Of a DNA stretch of 50,976 nt, positions 1 through 12,139 are shown in pieces. The DNA is from Chiloscyllium plagiosum (lineage: Eukaryota): assembly GCF_004010195.1 (NCBI RefSeq), contig NW_025215280.1:1-50976 (forward strand), given 5' to 3'. How positions within the stretch are numbered: position 1 is the stretch's first letter; each line of letters starts with the position of its first letter. Under the pieces are notes generated by a model, which saw only the letters and a list, made by a program, of their open reading frames with translations, was not told the DNA's origin and did not search any database. The translations under genes were made by a program, and so were the position numbers.

Positions 1-1608
1 ATCACTTGGTGTGGGGTGCTTACTATTAGGGCTGCCCCAAATGTGAGCTTCCTGCTTTCCTCCACCAACAGTGCAGTGGCAGCCACGACCTGCACACATT
101 CAGGCCACCCCCGGGATACTGGATCCAATAGCTTTGAAAGATATGCTACTGGCTATTACATTCCTCCCAATCTCTGAGTTAATACTCCCAAAGCCGCTCC
201 CTTATCTACAGTATCAAAGAGCTGGAAAGGTTAATCGAGAGAAGGTAAGGCAAACATGGGGGGATGGATTAGATGAGTTCTGAATTACTTGTATAGTTAT
301 TTTTCCTCTTCTTCCGAACTCAGACACTTTGGTTCCTCCTCTATTAGTTTGAGACATAATTTATTCGTCTTTTGAGCATAAGAATTAATCCATAATCTGC
401 AATATCCCATTAAACCCCCAAAATTACGTAATTCCCGTTTAGTCCTAGGCAGCGGAATCCCGACTATTCCCTCTAAGTATTCCGGGCTGACCTTTCGCTT
501 TCCCTCACTAACTAAATGTCCCAAGTATTGCACTTCTCAATCCACATATTGTATTTTGTTTTTAGATACTCGCAGTCCTTGCTGACCCAGGAAATTCAAT
601 ATTCTTTTAGTGGCTTCCACTACTCTTTCTCTTCTCTTTCCTGTTACTAATAGGTCGTCTACATATTGCAACAGGGTAGTTCCCTTGGGGCTGCTAAATT
701 TCTCCAAAATTTGTTCTAACATCTGTCTAAATAAATTCGGGGACTGCGTAAACCCCTTGGGGGAGCACGATCCACCAGTATTCCTATTTACGTCCTGTCT
801 CGGGATCTCCCCATTCCCTATTTTCCTCCCCCAAGGGACAACCCCAAAAGGCATCTTTTAAATCTATCACACAAAACCATTTGTGGTCATGAGAGATCTT
901 ACTTAATAACGTATATGGGGTTTGGCACCACTGGGTGCCTGACCTGTTCTACTCGATTCAATATTCTCAAATCCTACACCAGTCGATAAGTTCCATCGAA
1001 TTTTCGCACTGGTAGAATTAGGATCTTATAAGGAGACATACATGGCTCCAACAGTCCATCTCTAGCCCCTGAATTACTGGCTGCAGTCTTCGTTTGCCTT
1101 CTATGGAAATGGTATAATGTTACTCATAAACAACGTCCCCTTTCCTTTTTAAACTTATTTATAGGGGACGGATCTGTATTTTTCACGATTGCCTTCTCTT
1201 GCCCATATAATAGAGTCTATCTATCTCTCCACAACTTCTGTCAACATTGCCATATGTGCAACCAGTTCTTTTTCTGGAATTCAAATCTCCAGTCCTAAGA
1301 GGATAATTAAATCTCTTCCTAGTAAGTTACTTCCTGTATCAGGGATATACAACAGTTCCCCTGTGACTGTATCCTTCGGACCTTCCATCATCATAGGTTC
1401 AAATACTGGAACAGTAAATCCTTCCCCTTTTACATCGGAAACAGTAATTGACCATGTTGACATTCCTACTTTCTTTGATTGAAAATTCAGCGATGACCGT
1501 GCTGCCCCCCGTATCTACTAGGAAGACTACCTCTTCCCCACAGGGTGCCAACTTCAAGTTGATAAAGTATTCCTGGTGGCTCCCCGGGGGCAGGAACCCC
1601 TGACACCC
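1..1608 (-). pseudogene. pol: ERV protease-reverse transcriptase remnant (frameshifted)
   Basis: Protease VFLVDTG (~1505-1525, extra G before AARSSL) and NLLGRDL. RT motifs GFTQSPNLF, LLQYVDDLLV, YLGHLVSEG and GLMGYCRLWI. Connection-domain peptide LDPVSRGWPECVQVVAATALLVEESRKLT at ~40-130. Confidence 0.92.
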
Positions 1609-3057
1609 CTATTCTACGTCAAAATTCATAAGAGGAATTGCCCTTTCTTCCCTGTGTAGATCAGGCCACTCCCGCTTAAAATGCTCGAGTTTCTGCAATA
1701 ACAGCATTCTGCCTGCGGAGACTTCCATCTCTGCCCCTGTCGCCCAAACCATCTGTCAAATGCTCCCCCTTTTCCTCTCCCTCTCCCTCTTCCTCTCTGT
1801 CCTACATGATGCCACCCGCTGGTCCAGTTGCTCACTATCGGTTCCATTCTTTCCTTAACTACCTCATCAACTGTAGCTACCACCATTTTCACCTTTTTTT
1901 GTCTCTCATCCTCTCTCTTTACAAACACTTTCTGTGCCTCTCTTAACAAATCATCTAATGGTGTTTCACTCCTCCCTTCTATCTTCAGTATCTTCCTCTG
2001 TGTTTGGCCATTCCTTTGTCACAAAATATACTTTTAAAAGACCCTGTACCACTGGGTCCTCAGGGTTCATTCCAAAGTATTCCGCATTGAGTCTCTTAAT
2101 CTTTGCAAGAAAGCTGAGGGTGTCTCATGTTTCTCCTTTTTAACTTCAAAGGCTTTAGTCAAATTCTGCGACTTCGGAACTGCCTCTCTTATTCATTTTA
2201 GAATCAGGTCTTTCAATTCCATCATTTCTTCTCAATGCTCCGGGTTTTCATTTTCCCACTGGATGTCTCAGAGCGGAAACTCCGTCTCTCCCTGTCCAGT
2301 ATTCCAGCCCCAATGGGAAGTTCCCTGTCCCATATTTTAATGGTTGCTCCTGGTATAAGTCCGCTTTCTTCCCCAGTAAATAGTACATTCAAAATAGACA
2401 TTAACTCAGTCGACGTATAAACATTGGGCCCCAAGAATTGATCAATTTGTTCCGACAGCCCTACCGGATCTTCAACCAGGACCTTCACCTCCTTTTTAAA
2501 TGTTCTGACCTCCCCACTGGTGAAGGGGGCACTTACAATCCTAATCTCTTTGTCCCCTATTGGTGCCTCCCTAAGGGGATAAGTCTTTATATTCTTCCCC
2601 TTTTTTGTTTTTGTTTTACGCCCTTAGACGTTCGTTTAGATACTCCAGAGGCCTCCTCTACATCTACTTTATCTTCCCTTCCTTTTGTTGCAGATTGATG
2701 GTTGGGAACAACAACATCCCCCTCCACCGCCTCTTCGTTCTGCTCTTGTGGGTCATCCGTTCCCTGTCCCTGTCTATCTGTCTCTCCTCCTCCCCCATTT
2801 TTGCCTAATCTGAATTTATGGTACGGGGGGCAGGAGTGCAAACTGGCAAAAGGATCTCAGGGACTGTGTGGGGCAGAGGGAGAATCCTTTCGATTTACTA
2901 CCATCATTCCCAAACTGCCTTTCCCTTTTTCCCTTGTACAAGTGTTACTTGTCCAGTCCCTCAACATCCTCCACAACGGACTTTCAGGAGGATTGTTACC
3001 AGGGATTTTTTCTTCCTTTACTCCGTCACAGTTCGACTTACTCTGCCGACCCCCCAT
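1609..3057 (-). pseudogene. gag: ERV gag remnant (MA-CA-NC)
   Basis: MGGRQSK myristoylation-type start, PESPLWRMLRDW matrix-like motif, PSAP and CPPY late-domain-like peptides, capsid-like EDPVGLSEQIDQFLGPNVYT, RG-rich stretch, one frameshifted CxxC..H knuckle. Ends at TAG 1609-1611. Confidence 0.87.
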
Positions 3058-3353
3058 TTCTCGGGGCCCTCACCAGTCCCTCAGCGATTAAATACCACTT
3101 TTCCCGGCCACCAAGTTAATACTTAAAAGTCAGTTTTCTGACGTTGGTCTGTGCACAGAGTTGCCTGGCTCTTTCTTTTCCATATTTTTCATCGACCTTC
3201 TTTCACTGTCTGATTCAGATGTCTCTCCTGTGGGATTCGTACCAGTCTCCCAAAGGAGCAGACAAAACCTGGACAAGAAAACGCTCCTCAATTGTGAATG
3301 GGAGCATCTTCCCAGTGTCCAGGGCTAGCCACTCCCCCCGGCGATGGAAGAAT

Positions 3354-3371
3354 ATCGCAGACGATCCCCCA
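3354..3371 (-). promoter_or_regulatory. Primer binding site, tRNA-Pro type
   Basis: Minus strand TGGGGGATCGTCTGCGAT versus the canonical Pro PBS TGGGGGCTCGTCCGGGAT (15/18), 4 nt from the LTR CA end. Confidence 0.85.
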
Positions 3372-3375
3372 ATTA

Positions 3376-3908
3376 TGAGAAACTAAGCCCACTCACTTCA
3401 ATAATTTCATGCGAGACAAGATCTGAAGCAATCAGCATGTTTATTATACGCTTGCAAGCGTGGTGCCTGAAATAGACTCGCAGAGTTTAGCATATACATA
3501 GGATTCTCGACTCCAAACCCGGTGCCCATTACTATTTTTTCTCTCTTGCCTTATCCGGCCTTGTGCATGACAAAGTTCAGGTTTTACTTGGCCTTTTCAC
3601 CACATCCTGTCTGTGGTCAACTGTTAGGTATATCCTCCTTCACTGCGATCTATTTACCCAACTTGTGACATTTCCTCCCTCACCCCAACCATATAGAACC
3701 TTACGACCTTTTAATGGCGGTTTGTTTTTTGTTTTTGCAGAAATGGGAAACAAAAGCTTATAACTACTGCATGTGCATGCATATCTTGCTTAACCTACAT
3801 CCTCACTGCACCTTATCTATTTGTCGGTACCATATACCATTGTTTGCAGACACCTTTCATTCTTGTATGCACATTTTAGCTCATGAATACAATTAAATAT
3901 TTCCTTCA
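3376..3908 (-). repeat. 5' LTR of the ERV
   Basis: Minus strand starts TGAAGGAAAT (3908) and ends TTTCTCA (3376) next to the PBS. AATAAA at 3440-3445 on minus. The outer boundary is inferred, since there is no second LTR in the window. Confidence 0.7.
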
Positions 3909-4033
3909 TATAGGTTTCATTCTTGTGACTCAGCTCTTGGTTGAAACAATTGTAAGCTTATTTACCTTGCATAAGTAGTTATGATTGCAGAAGTAACACT
4001 ACTTCACCTGTAATCCACAGTCGGTAGTGTAGT

Positions 4034-4935
4034 GAACAAAGAAGAACAAAGAATACAGAAAATGTGCAGCCCAGGAACAGGCCCTTTGGACAGCCGAGAC
4101 TGAGCCGGTCCAAACTAACTATCTAAACATGCGCCCAATTTCTAAGCATCCGTATCCCTCTGCTTCTCAATTACTCATGCATCTGTCCAGACGCACCTGA
4201 AATGAATCTATCATGCCTACGTTTACCATATCTGCTGGCAACGCATTCCAGCACCTACCACCCTCTGTGTAAAATACTTTCCATGTCTATCTCCCTTAAA
4301 CGTTTCACATCTCTCATTGAACGCGTGACCTCTCATTATTGAATCCCTCATCTTGGGAAAAAGCTTGTCTCTATCCACCCTGTCTGTACCCTTCATGATA
4401 TTGTAGATCTCGTTTTTTCTAATGAAAGCAGAAGTAACCTACTCAACCTCTCTTCAGAGCTTGAATCTTCCATACCAGGCAACACCTGTGTAAAACATCT
4501 CCGCATTCTCTCCTAAACGTCCACATAATTTTGGTAATTTGGCGACCATAACTGTACAGAGTATGGTAAACGCAGCCGAAACAATCTCTTGTACAATTTT
4601 AGCAGGACTTGCCTGCTCTTATACTCAATGCCCTATCCGGTGAAGGCAAGCATGCCATATACCTTCTTGACCACTCTATCAACCTGTGCAGTCACCTTCA
4701 GGTTATAAAGGACCTGAACTCCCAGATCTCTCTTCTCATCAAGTTTAGCCATTCTGTTCCGTTTACTATATACTTGGCTCTGGAATTAGACTTCCCCAAA
4801 ATCATCACCTCACACTTGCTTGAAGGGAACACCATTTGCCACTTCTCCGCTCAACTCTTCTGTCTTCCCCTTCATTATTTGACAGCCCCCTATGTTTTCT
4901 GGCTACTGTACCAATCTTTGTGTCATCTGCAAATG
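4034..4935 (-). mobile_element. CR1-type LINE 3' fragment
   Basis: gaacaaagaa tail repeats and aggccc..gg 3' UTR hairpin at the left. Decayed RT C-terminal coding (YCVQxWSP-like, FADD-like at ~4920-4935). Confidence 0.8.
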
Positions 4936-5094
4936 TAGTGGCGAGATCCTGGGCTAGCAACTCTTGGAAATTGGAACATGGCGGTTGCTCATCACATGCA
5001 GCAAGGAACCATGTTTGGATGATTGTTCCCAGTGAAGTACCACTGTTTCCTGATGTAGATCAATAATTCAAACTTTTTTATTAGGAGTCATGAT

Positions 5095-5345
5095 TTAGAA
5101 GTTTAGTAACGATACATAGTCGTGTAGTTGACTATGATGAATAATGTCAGGCACTGCAGGGATGTATCCATCATGTGGAAAGGAAAAATGGCGAATGGAC
5201 TTGAATCCAGACCAATGAGTGGTAGTGAATTTGGGGAGTTGTAACAAAAACAGTGAGGATTCTGAGTGGTGCACAGGAACAAAGAGATCTTGGAGTGGGC
5301 ATTCACAGATCCCTGAATATTGTTAGACAGGAAGATCAGTTGTTC
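5095..5345 (+). mobile_element. Old CR1 RT fragment (paralog of 22260-22510)
   Basis: WRMDLNPDQ (WQMEFNxDKC-like) and RDLGV remnant. Same internal deletions as the inverted copy. Confidence 0.65.
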
Positions 5346-5519
5346 GAGATGTTTTTTTAATATTTTCTATTGTTGACCGCAGACTGTGGATGATATTCGA
5401 TCTTTAGCAACGGCCAGTTTAGGAAACAACCAAAGGAATGAGCACAAGTCTGGTTTATGCAATAACCTACATTTTTAAAAATTGAAAGATGAAGGATAGA
5501 AGGCTGAAGTATAAATCTT

Positions 5520-6130
5520 TGCCCATCAACCTACTTCACCACTCAATGAATTTACCACTGATTCCTCTCCAGGTCATGCTGGTATGTGCCTTGGAGGGTA
5601 ATTTGCAAATGGTGAAGGTTCAGTGCATCTTCAACCTTATCCTTATAGTCGGTACAATTTTTGAGCTTTGAAGTTCTGTCAACAAAGCCTGGATGACTTA
5701 CTCCAGTGAATCTTCGATGTGGTGCCCTCTGATGCAATTGTGCCTTAGCAGTTAAGAGAATAAATATTCAGGTGTTGAACAATATACAGTTAAGTGACTG
5801 CATTGTCGTGGAGGGAGCCCAGTTCCTTCAGTGGCATTGAAGCTGCACCCACCGAGACCAATGGAGAGAGTTCTGTTAAATATCTAATCTGTGCGTTGCG
5901 GACGATATAGGCTTCACGGAGACAAGAGTTGAGTTAATAATCAAACAAAGCCGACCCACGGACAGGTTTTTGTCGTCAACTTCTTGATATGGTCGGTCAG
6001 GTTCCATTTTTCCTAAATACTAGTTCCCAGGATGATTACACGGAGGAATTCAGTTACAATGAAGCCATTGAATGTCAATCGAATATGATTAGATTCTCAT
6101 TTGTCAGAGTTATCTTCGCTGTATTTGGTC
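5520..6130 (-). mobile_element. Ancient LINE (L2/CR1-group) 3' region remnant
   Basis: Diverged similarity to a common shark LINE 3' region (gaagctgcacccaccgagaccaatggagagag; gccattgaatgtcaa..ttagattctc), from recall only. Confidence 0.4.
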
Positions 6131-6249
6131 CTTCTGTGGATCAATCCGATTCTAATCGCTTTCTGATTTCAAGTGCCAATTCCCGTCTGCATCTCAAATT
6201 TCTACCCGTTTCCTCGCCGAAATTTCACCACCTGCCTTAATAATATGTT

Positions 6250-6940
6250 AGGACGCTGTAAGGGACAGCACAAACTTACTAATATGTTGCTAACTCTGCA
6301 TACAGTAGAACTTCGTGGAATGATTGGTTAGGCTGGGATTATTCTCCTTGAAACAAAGGAGGAGGAGGGGAGCTCTATAATCACATAATAACAATTATAA
6401 ATGTTCAATATTCGTGGGATCTTGACAGGGTAGATCCGGGCAGGTGGCTTGCCCTATGCTCTGAGGCGTGCAACCAGAGGACATAATCTCAGAATTAGAT
6501 ATTGCCGATTTTATTCAGAAATGAGGAGTAATTTCTTTTCTCAGGGGTCAAAGAATCTGTGGCATTTTCCAGTAACCGCTGTTGAGACTGTGTGGTTGGG
6601 TATTTTCAAACTGTGCTAGATAGTTAATCAGAAAGATGATGAAACTTTGTCGAGCTAAGTGAGCAGAAAGGAATTTAAGATTATCAGATCAACTATGTTA
6701 AAAATCACACAACACTAGGTTATAGTCCAATTGGTTTAATTTGAAGCACACGAGCTTTCGGAGCATCACTCCTTCATCAGGAAATCGTCAGGTGACTATC
6801 AGGTGTTGTGTAATTTTTAACTTTGAACAGCCCAGTCCAACACCGGCTTCTCCAAAACAGATCAACCTTGAGTTCGTTGAATGGTTGAGCAGACTCCTTG
6901 GGCTGAATAGCATGCTTCCACTTGGTTTAACATTTCGTCT
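6250..6940 (+). mobile_element. CR1 3' fragment interrupted by a Penelope terminal repeat
   Basis: RLGLFSL-like ggctgggattattctccttg, gaaatgaggagtaatttcttttctcag, and 3' UTR gggctgaatagc. Confidence 0.6.
6697..6857. mobile_element. Penelope-like terminal repeat (inverted arrangement) with minimal hammerhead-like core on minus
   Basis: gttaaaaatcacacaacac (6697) and its inverse gtgttgtgtaatttttaac (~6803). Minus strand CTGATGA-AGGAGTGATGCTCC-GAAAG-CTC at ~6750-6780. Confidence 0.65.
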
Positions 6941-7330
6941 AACGCCTTATTTTATTCATGAGTTCAGAATTATGAGGGGATGTGATGAAGTGACAGAAAA
7001 GGTTTATTAAACAAATCAGACAGATCAGGAACAAGGCTCATAAACTCAGGAAGAAGAAATTTGTTATTTTTTTCTCTTTCTTTCAATGTAAATTCATAGA
7101 AAGACAAGATGGAATGCAGGGCGGACAAAAACTGCGTTCCTTCCCATTACACCAATTTAATCTACAATTGAATAGAATGACTGCTCTCACTCTTCATTTC
7201 GACTTTAATGTGGTGTCGATTATTTGTGAATCTCCTGTGCAGTGAAGGACAAGAACAAGATTCTCGATCCAGTGTATACCAGAGGTGTGAGGTGCAAAGA
7301 AAAACTGCCAGAGCGGTGTGTAAAGTTAAC

Positions 7331-7400
7331 AACTAGAGTGTGAGTCGAACCCGTGAATGTGGAGCACAGCGGTATAATAACCCACCATCATCATCTCTCA
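7331..7400 (-). pseudogene. Highly degenerate tRNA relic, probably Ser(GCT)
   Basis: Minus strand ctgtgctccacattcacgggttcgactcacactc resembles the Ser-GCT variable arm and T arm (TGTGCTCTGCACGCGTGGGTTCGAATCCCAC). Sits at the position paralogous to 19661-19730. Confidence 0.5.
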
Positions 7401-8664
7401 TTTTATAGAGGGGTGACATGTGACCTCATCAGGTTACATGTGGTGAACGTCATGGATGAGAACGTTCCAGAGCGGAATCGAATCCACACCATTGTGTTTC
7501 TGCCTTCACTTGAATTATAATAAGAGGAAATTCCAATAAATAGCAATGCTGGTCAGAATGAATAGCTGTCAGTGATACATTCTGAGTCATAACTGAGTCA
7601 GAATGAAACAGGACAAAATTTACCGTCATATTTACACCTACATTTGACACATAATTCCTTCAGTCACTTTTTCTCTCACGTGAAGAAGCCATGGTGAGGG
7701 AAATAAAGGCGATGTTGTCGCTGAATGGCCGAACCTGAATTGGATTAAATCGCAAGAAATGCTGATTTGTTCGTTTCATTTTAATTTTTCTGAAACCTCA
7801 CAATGTTCATTGTAAAAATCAGAAGTGAATTAGATATATCTCATTGGAACGATTAATGTTGTATTCAAATTTGCTCTGACTTTATTTCAGCTTAAGGAAA
7901 ATACTGCTTAGAAAGCAGAGGGTTAAAGTGCAAAATAAAACCCACCAGTTTCTTTGCTCGTTGTTTTGGCAGATTTCACTGAGTATTAAATGGACCAAAC
8001 ATCATGGTGCTTGTTCTCACATTCTTAACGCATGTGATGAAAGCAGGAAGTCGATCTCCAAGCAACTGGTCACTTCCTATTCATTATGTAATATATTCTT
8101 CTTCACAATAAATAAAAACTCACTCAGTTCCATTTACAATGCTTTTGGTGGAATATTATGCCAAATCTTTCAAAATGCAGAGTTTTTCAAACCGAATCTT
8201 ATTCAGCTGCACACGTTCACGAAATGTCTTTACATTTAAAGTCAACCAACTTAGACATTGTTTCCCCGCAACTTCCGACCGACTAAACACCACCTCTGCA
8301 CCTTTACCTAGGCACACGCTGTCTCTCTCCTTGTGAAATTTATTCCTTGTATGTCACCAAATGTCCAAATATTTTGAAAAACAGATTCTCGGAGTGACCG
8401 CGATTCTGTTCTCATCATTGCTTTGTCATTCAAAGGGTTTATCAAAGGTATTGAATGCCTGACTTCGAGATGTTGACTTACTTGAAAGTGGGAATTTTCC
8501 ACCTATTTACTCTGTCCAAACATTTCATAACCTGAAAGCCCCCACTAAGTCTTCCTTGGTTCAGGGATAACTGTTCTCAATTTTCAAAGAAGACAAGTGA
8601 ATACCCCCATCAGCATCTTCTCTAATGGCTTTACACCTCAGTAAACACCGTCATTAACAATTCA

Positions 8665-8960
8665 TAGAATCACTAAATTCTGCAGTGCAGAAAGAGCATT
8701 TCAGTCAATTTAGCCGGTGTTGATTCTCTGAAGAGCATCTCACCAATACCAATCTCCCCTCCCTATTTCCTTATATTTCACCTGAAGAAGGGGAATCCCT
8801 CCCCCTTATGATTTCAAATAAACCTGTTGGAGTATAACCTGACGTCCTGTGACTGCTGACCTTATCCCCGCGTTACCCATGGCTAATTCACCTAACTTAC
8901 TTAATTCACTCCCTGGACACGAGAGGGCAATTTAACTTTGCCAATCAACCTAACCCTCCC
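8665..8960 (-). mobile_element. Degenerate V-SINE 3' half with a Penelope-terminal insert
   Basis: gggcaatttaactttgccaatcaacctaacc V-domain-like sequence, and aaataaacctgttggagtataacctg insert. Paralog at ~18095-18370. Confidence 0.55.
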
Positions 8961-9704
8961 TCTGAACAGCAGTGCGAATTACTGAGACAATTTTCCATCA
9001 TACTGAGCAAATGCTGTTTCTTTTTTTATGGTTTTATACCCTGGTAACAGTCTCATCAAAACAAATGAACCCAAATTCACTGTATCGAAATGCTACTCTG
9101 TCCTTTACAATTTAATTGGTGCTGCAGGAAATGTCTATGCACTCAAACTTGAATGCGTTTATGTTGTTTCTTCCTCAGCTTCCTGCTTCTAGTAAATGCT
9201 TCAATCCGGAACAAGTCTGTCAAATGCTTTTCATTCCAACACAGTCACAAGGTGAAGTTTGCAGAAGTCACTTGTTTGGCCGTTCACTGACACTCTGCCT
9301 CCCTGAGAGTTGCAGTCCTTCCCCAACTTTATTCAGGCAGCACTGTCCTTCGTGTGATATGCCTAGCTTTTTCGCACATCTTCTCAAACGTTTCTGTCTT
9401 TCTCCTTAAGTCTCTGGCCCCTGCTGATCGGTCCCTCCATCAATGGGAAACTCGTTTATTCAACCCTGTCCGTGCCCTAACTCAATTATGTCTTGTATAC
9501 ATCTCCTTTGCACTGCGACAAACATTCCACTCTGTCCTGTCTTTCTTCACAACTGAAACTCTTCAACCCAAACTGTATCCCGGTAAATATCTCCTGCAAT
9601 TTTCTCAGTGTGATCACAGCCCTGCGATAATGTGACTTGCAAAACTGCACACAATGTTCTTGCTTGAGCCTAATGAGCATTTGTTGTAATATTTCTGGAT
9701 TAGT

Positions 9705-10030
9705 ATGAGGGCGATTCTGGCTAAGCAGAATTTATTACCCATTCCGAATTGCCCAGAGGGCAGTTGAGACTCAACAATATTGCTATGAGTCTGAAATCAC
9801 ATGCAGCCCAGGCCATGTAAGGATGGCAAATTCCATCCCGAAATGACATCAGTGAAACAGATTTTTTTTTCAACAATTGTCAATGGATCTATAGTAGTCA
9901 TTAGATTCTTCCTTGCAGATAATTTTTTAATCCAAATTTGACAATTATGGCATGGTGGGATTCAAGCCCGAATACCCAGACTATTACCTCGGTCTCTGGA
10001 TTATCAGTCCCATGAAAGTATCACAAGACC
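9705..10030 (-). mobile_element. DeuSINE (SacSINE1-like)
   Basis: tttattacccattccgaattgcccagagggcagttgagactcaac...ctctggattatcagtcc, the reverse of a tRNA head plus Deu-type body. Confidence 0.65.
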
Positions 10031-10491
10031 AACACAGAAAGCCATGAAAGCTGATCTTTAACAATAAAATATCTTTTCACCAAAACTGCCCTGGGTATTT
10101 TCCATGAGCCTGACGCTCCAGTTGTATCTGGCCTATGTCAGTAAAAACTGCTACATGGGGATTGATTTCACAACCGCGGTATCCAAATGGATCGATTTGT
10201 TTGCAGGTCCCGATGGTGGTATTGGGGCACGTTCACCCAACAACAGTCACCGCAGCACAGACAGAACAGTATGAACGTAAAAGAGAGTGATAGATTGTGC
10301 ATTGCCTCAGAGAAATGGGAGGAGGGACGGAAAGGAGGTTTAATGATCGTGGGAAGGAGAGGAATCTCCAACAACGGGAGTGTTTGAATCCTGATATATG
10401 AAACGCAGAGATGTGAGAGAGCGGAATTTAAAGGTAAAACAATTAATTTCTTAGCATGTGTCACAAAAAGGACAACGGAGAGAAACCTTAG

Positions 10492-10561
10492 AGCCGTGAT
10501 TTGGTTTCAAATCGAGGTTGCTGTGGTCACAATGCAAAATACCGACAACCACGATCACAGT
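10492..10561 (-). pseudogene. tRNA-His(GTG) pseudogene
   Basis: Aligns with the reverse complement of the His genes at 15063 and 16370. GTG is retained, the A and B boxes are decayed (many CpG changes), and the flanks are homologous. Confidence 0.85.
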
Positions 10562-10909
10562 AACCACAGAACAGGATGCCTGAAAGCAGCAATAAGTATA
10601 CTAGCAGAGAAAATGTTCGGAAGAACAGCAAATGTACAATATCAGTACCCAGCGAACAGTGACAGACATGTAGGAACTCGGAATGAGCTGAATCTTTCAG
10701 TGCGATGTCCTCAGAGGTTGTGGAGATCCCTTGAATGAGAATGTTGAAAACTGAGATTGATCGATTTCGACAAAACATCAAAGACTCGGGGGACAGTACA
10801 GGATGTTGCTGAAATGTTTGCTTCAATAGCATTTTAGCTTAACATCGGCACAGCCGCCCAGATCCAACCGGAAATGGGGATGGGAATGAGTGTGCAGAGT
10901 TACTCACTG

Positions 10910-11000
10910 GCTCCAGTGATGCAATAGGTGAGCGGCTTGTCCTTCTGAGATGGTACAGAGGCGCAAGAAATTCCTCGGTTGAGTGTGCTCCTGCTCAAGG
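10910..11000 (+). pseudogene. Intron-type tRNA-Ile(TAT) pseudogene
   Basis: GCTCCAGTGATGCAATAGGTGAGCG versus canonical GCTCCAGTGGCGCAATCGGTTAGCG. Intron-sized spacer present, T arm destroyed. Confidence 0.65.
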
Positions 11001-11544
11001 GAATGGTTGTCCCCGTTTATACTATCATAGCGATTTCCGGTGCATCTTTCTAAGACAGCTGAGTGGTACAAGTGGAGCGTGTTGAGCCCTTAACTTTGCA
11101 GTTCTGGGTTTAAAAGATGACTTTGCTATTTGGATCTGTGTTTCCAACACTGGCGGTGGCAGCTGCATTTGCTCGCATCTGCTCAGTATCAATTTCTTCC
11201 ACAAAGTGAAGACTTCAACCTGGAGAAGGTGGTGTTGGGGTGATAGTTTAAAATAGTCATCCTTGACGACTGGGACACGGAAAAGGTGATGTTTACGTTC
11301 GACGAATAAAACCTGAAATGCAAGCCTGACCTCAGGAACAGAGATAATGACTTTAATTTCCTGCAATCTCAATCATTCATGTCCCTTATGCAGCGGATTC
11401 AACCATCTTCACCCAGTCCGGCCTACGAGAGACTCCAGGACCAGAAAAAAACATGAGCTGACCGTTAATTCAGGAATCCCCATCATGTGGGGAAGCAGGC
11501 TTGTCGGCCCTTCCAGTCCACACGATACATCGGATGCGCATCCC

Positions 11545-11728
11545 ACCAGACCCCAGGGTATTCCATGTCCCATAAGCCTGCATTTCCCATTGTTGATCCC
11601 TGTAACAGGCACACCTTTGGTCAGAGGGAGAAATAAAAACGCAAACACACAGAGAATGTGCAGACTGCCCACAGACAGAGGCCCGAGGCTGGGATCGAAC
11701 CCAGCTTTGTGGTGTAGCCAGACAGCAA
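11545..11728 (-). mobile_element. Degenerate V-SINE
   Basis: acacacagagaatgtgcagactgcccacagacagaggcccgaggctgggatcgaaccc is the reverse of a B box plus V domain. Confidence 0.7.
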
Positions 11729-11824
11729 CGAAGAAGGGGCGAAGAATAAATGTTGTCCTGACCAGTGATACACACACCCTGTGGGTGAATGAGAAAGAAT
11801 GAAAAAGAATGAAAACACATTAAC

Positions 11825-12125
11825 AGCATGGAAAACGGGATTTGTACCTGTGTGGACACAACTTGAAAGGATCGTTCACCCTGTGTAGAAAAAAAGACGC
11901 CGATACCACAGAGAAAGCAGGGCAATGTGGGAATTGCTGGAAGAGATTCAATTAACCACAGAAATGGAAATAATTTCATCAGTAACACTGGGGACAAGCC
12001 GTTCACCAGTCCCGTGTGTGGGAAGGGATGACTGACGAAATAACCTGCGAGACTCCAGCAGGAATATATATCCCATCAGGTGTTCGATTATGCTGTCAAT
12101 GCTGCTGTTAATCCCAACCAACTAT
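11825..12125 (+). pseudogene. C2H2 zinc-finger gene relic
   Basis: CGNCWKRFN* and NTGDKPFTSPVCGKG* peptides with stops and frameshifts. Confidence 0.65.
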
Positions 12126-12139
12126 TTGTTCCATAGCGT

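Larger units (their letters stand above)
1..3908 (-). mobile_element. Degenerate class I (gamma/epsilon-like) endogenous retrovirus: 5' LTR-PBS-gag-pro-pol, continuing past the left edge of the window
   Basis: The minus strand shows, in order, LTR, PBS, MGGRQSK gag start, capsid-like peptides, broken Cys-His knuckle, TAG-GGG-TGT-CAG junction, FLVDTG protease and QYVDDLL RT, with many frameshifts. Confidence 0.93.
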
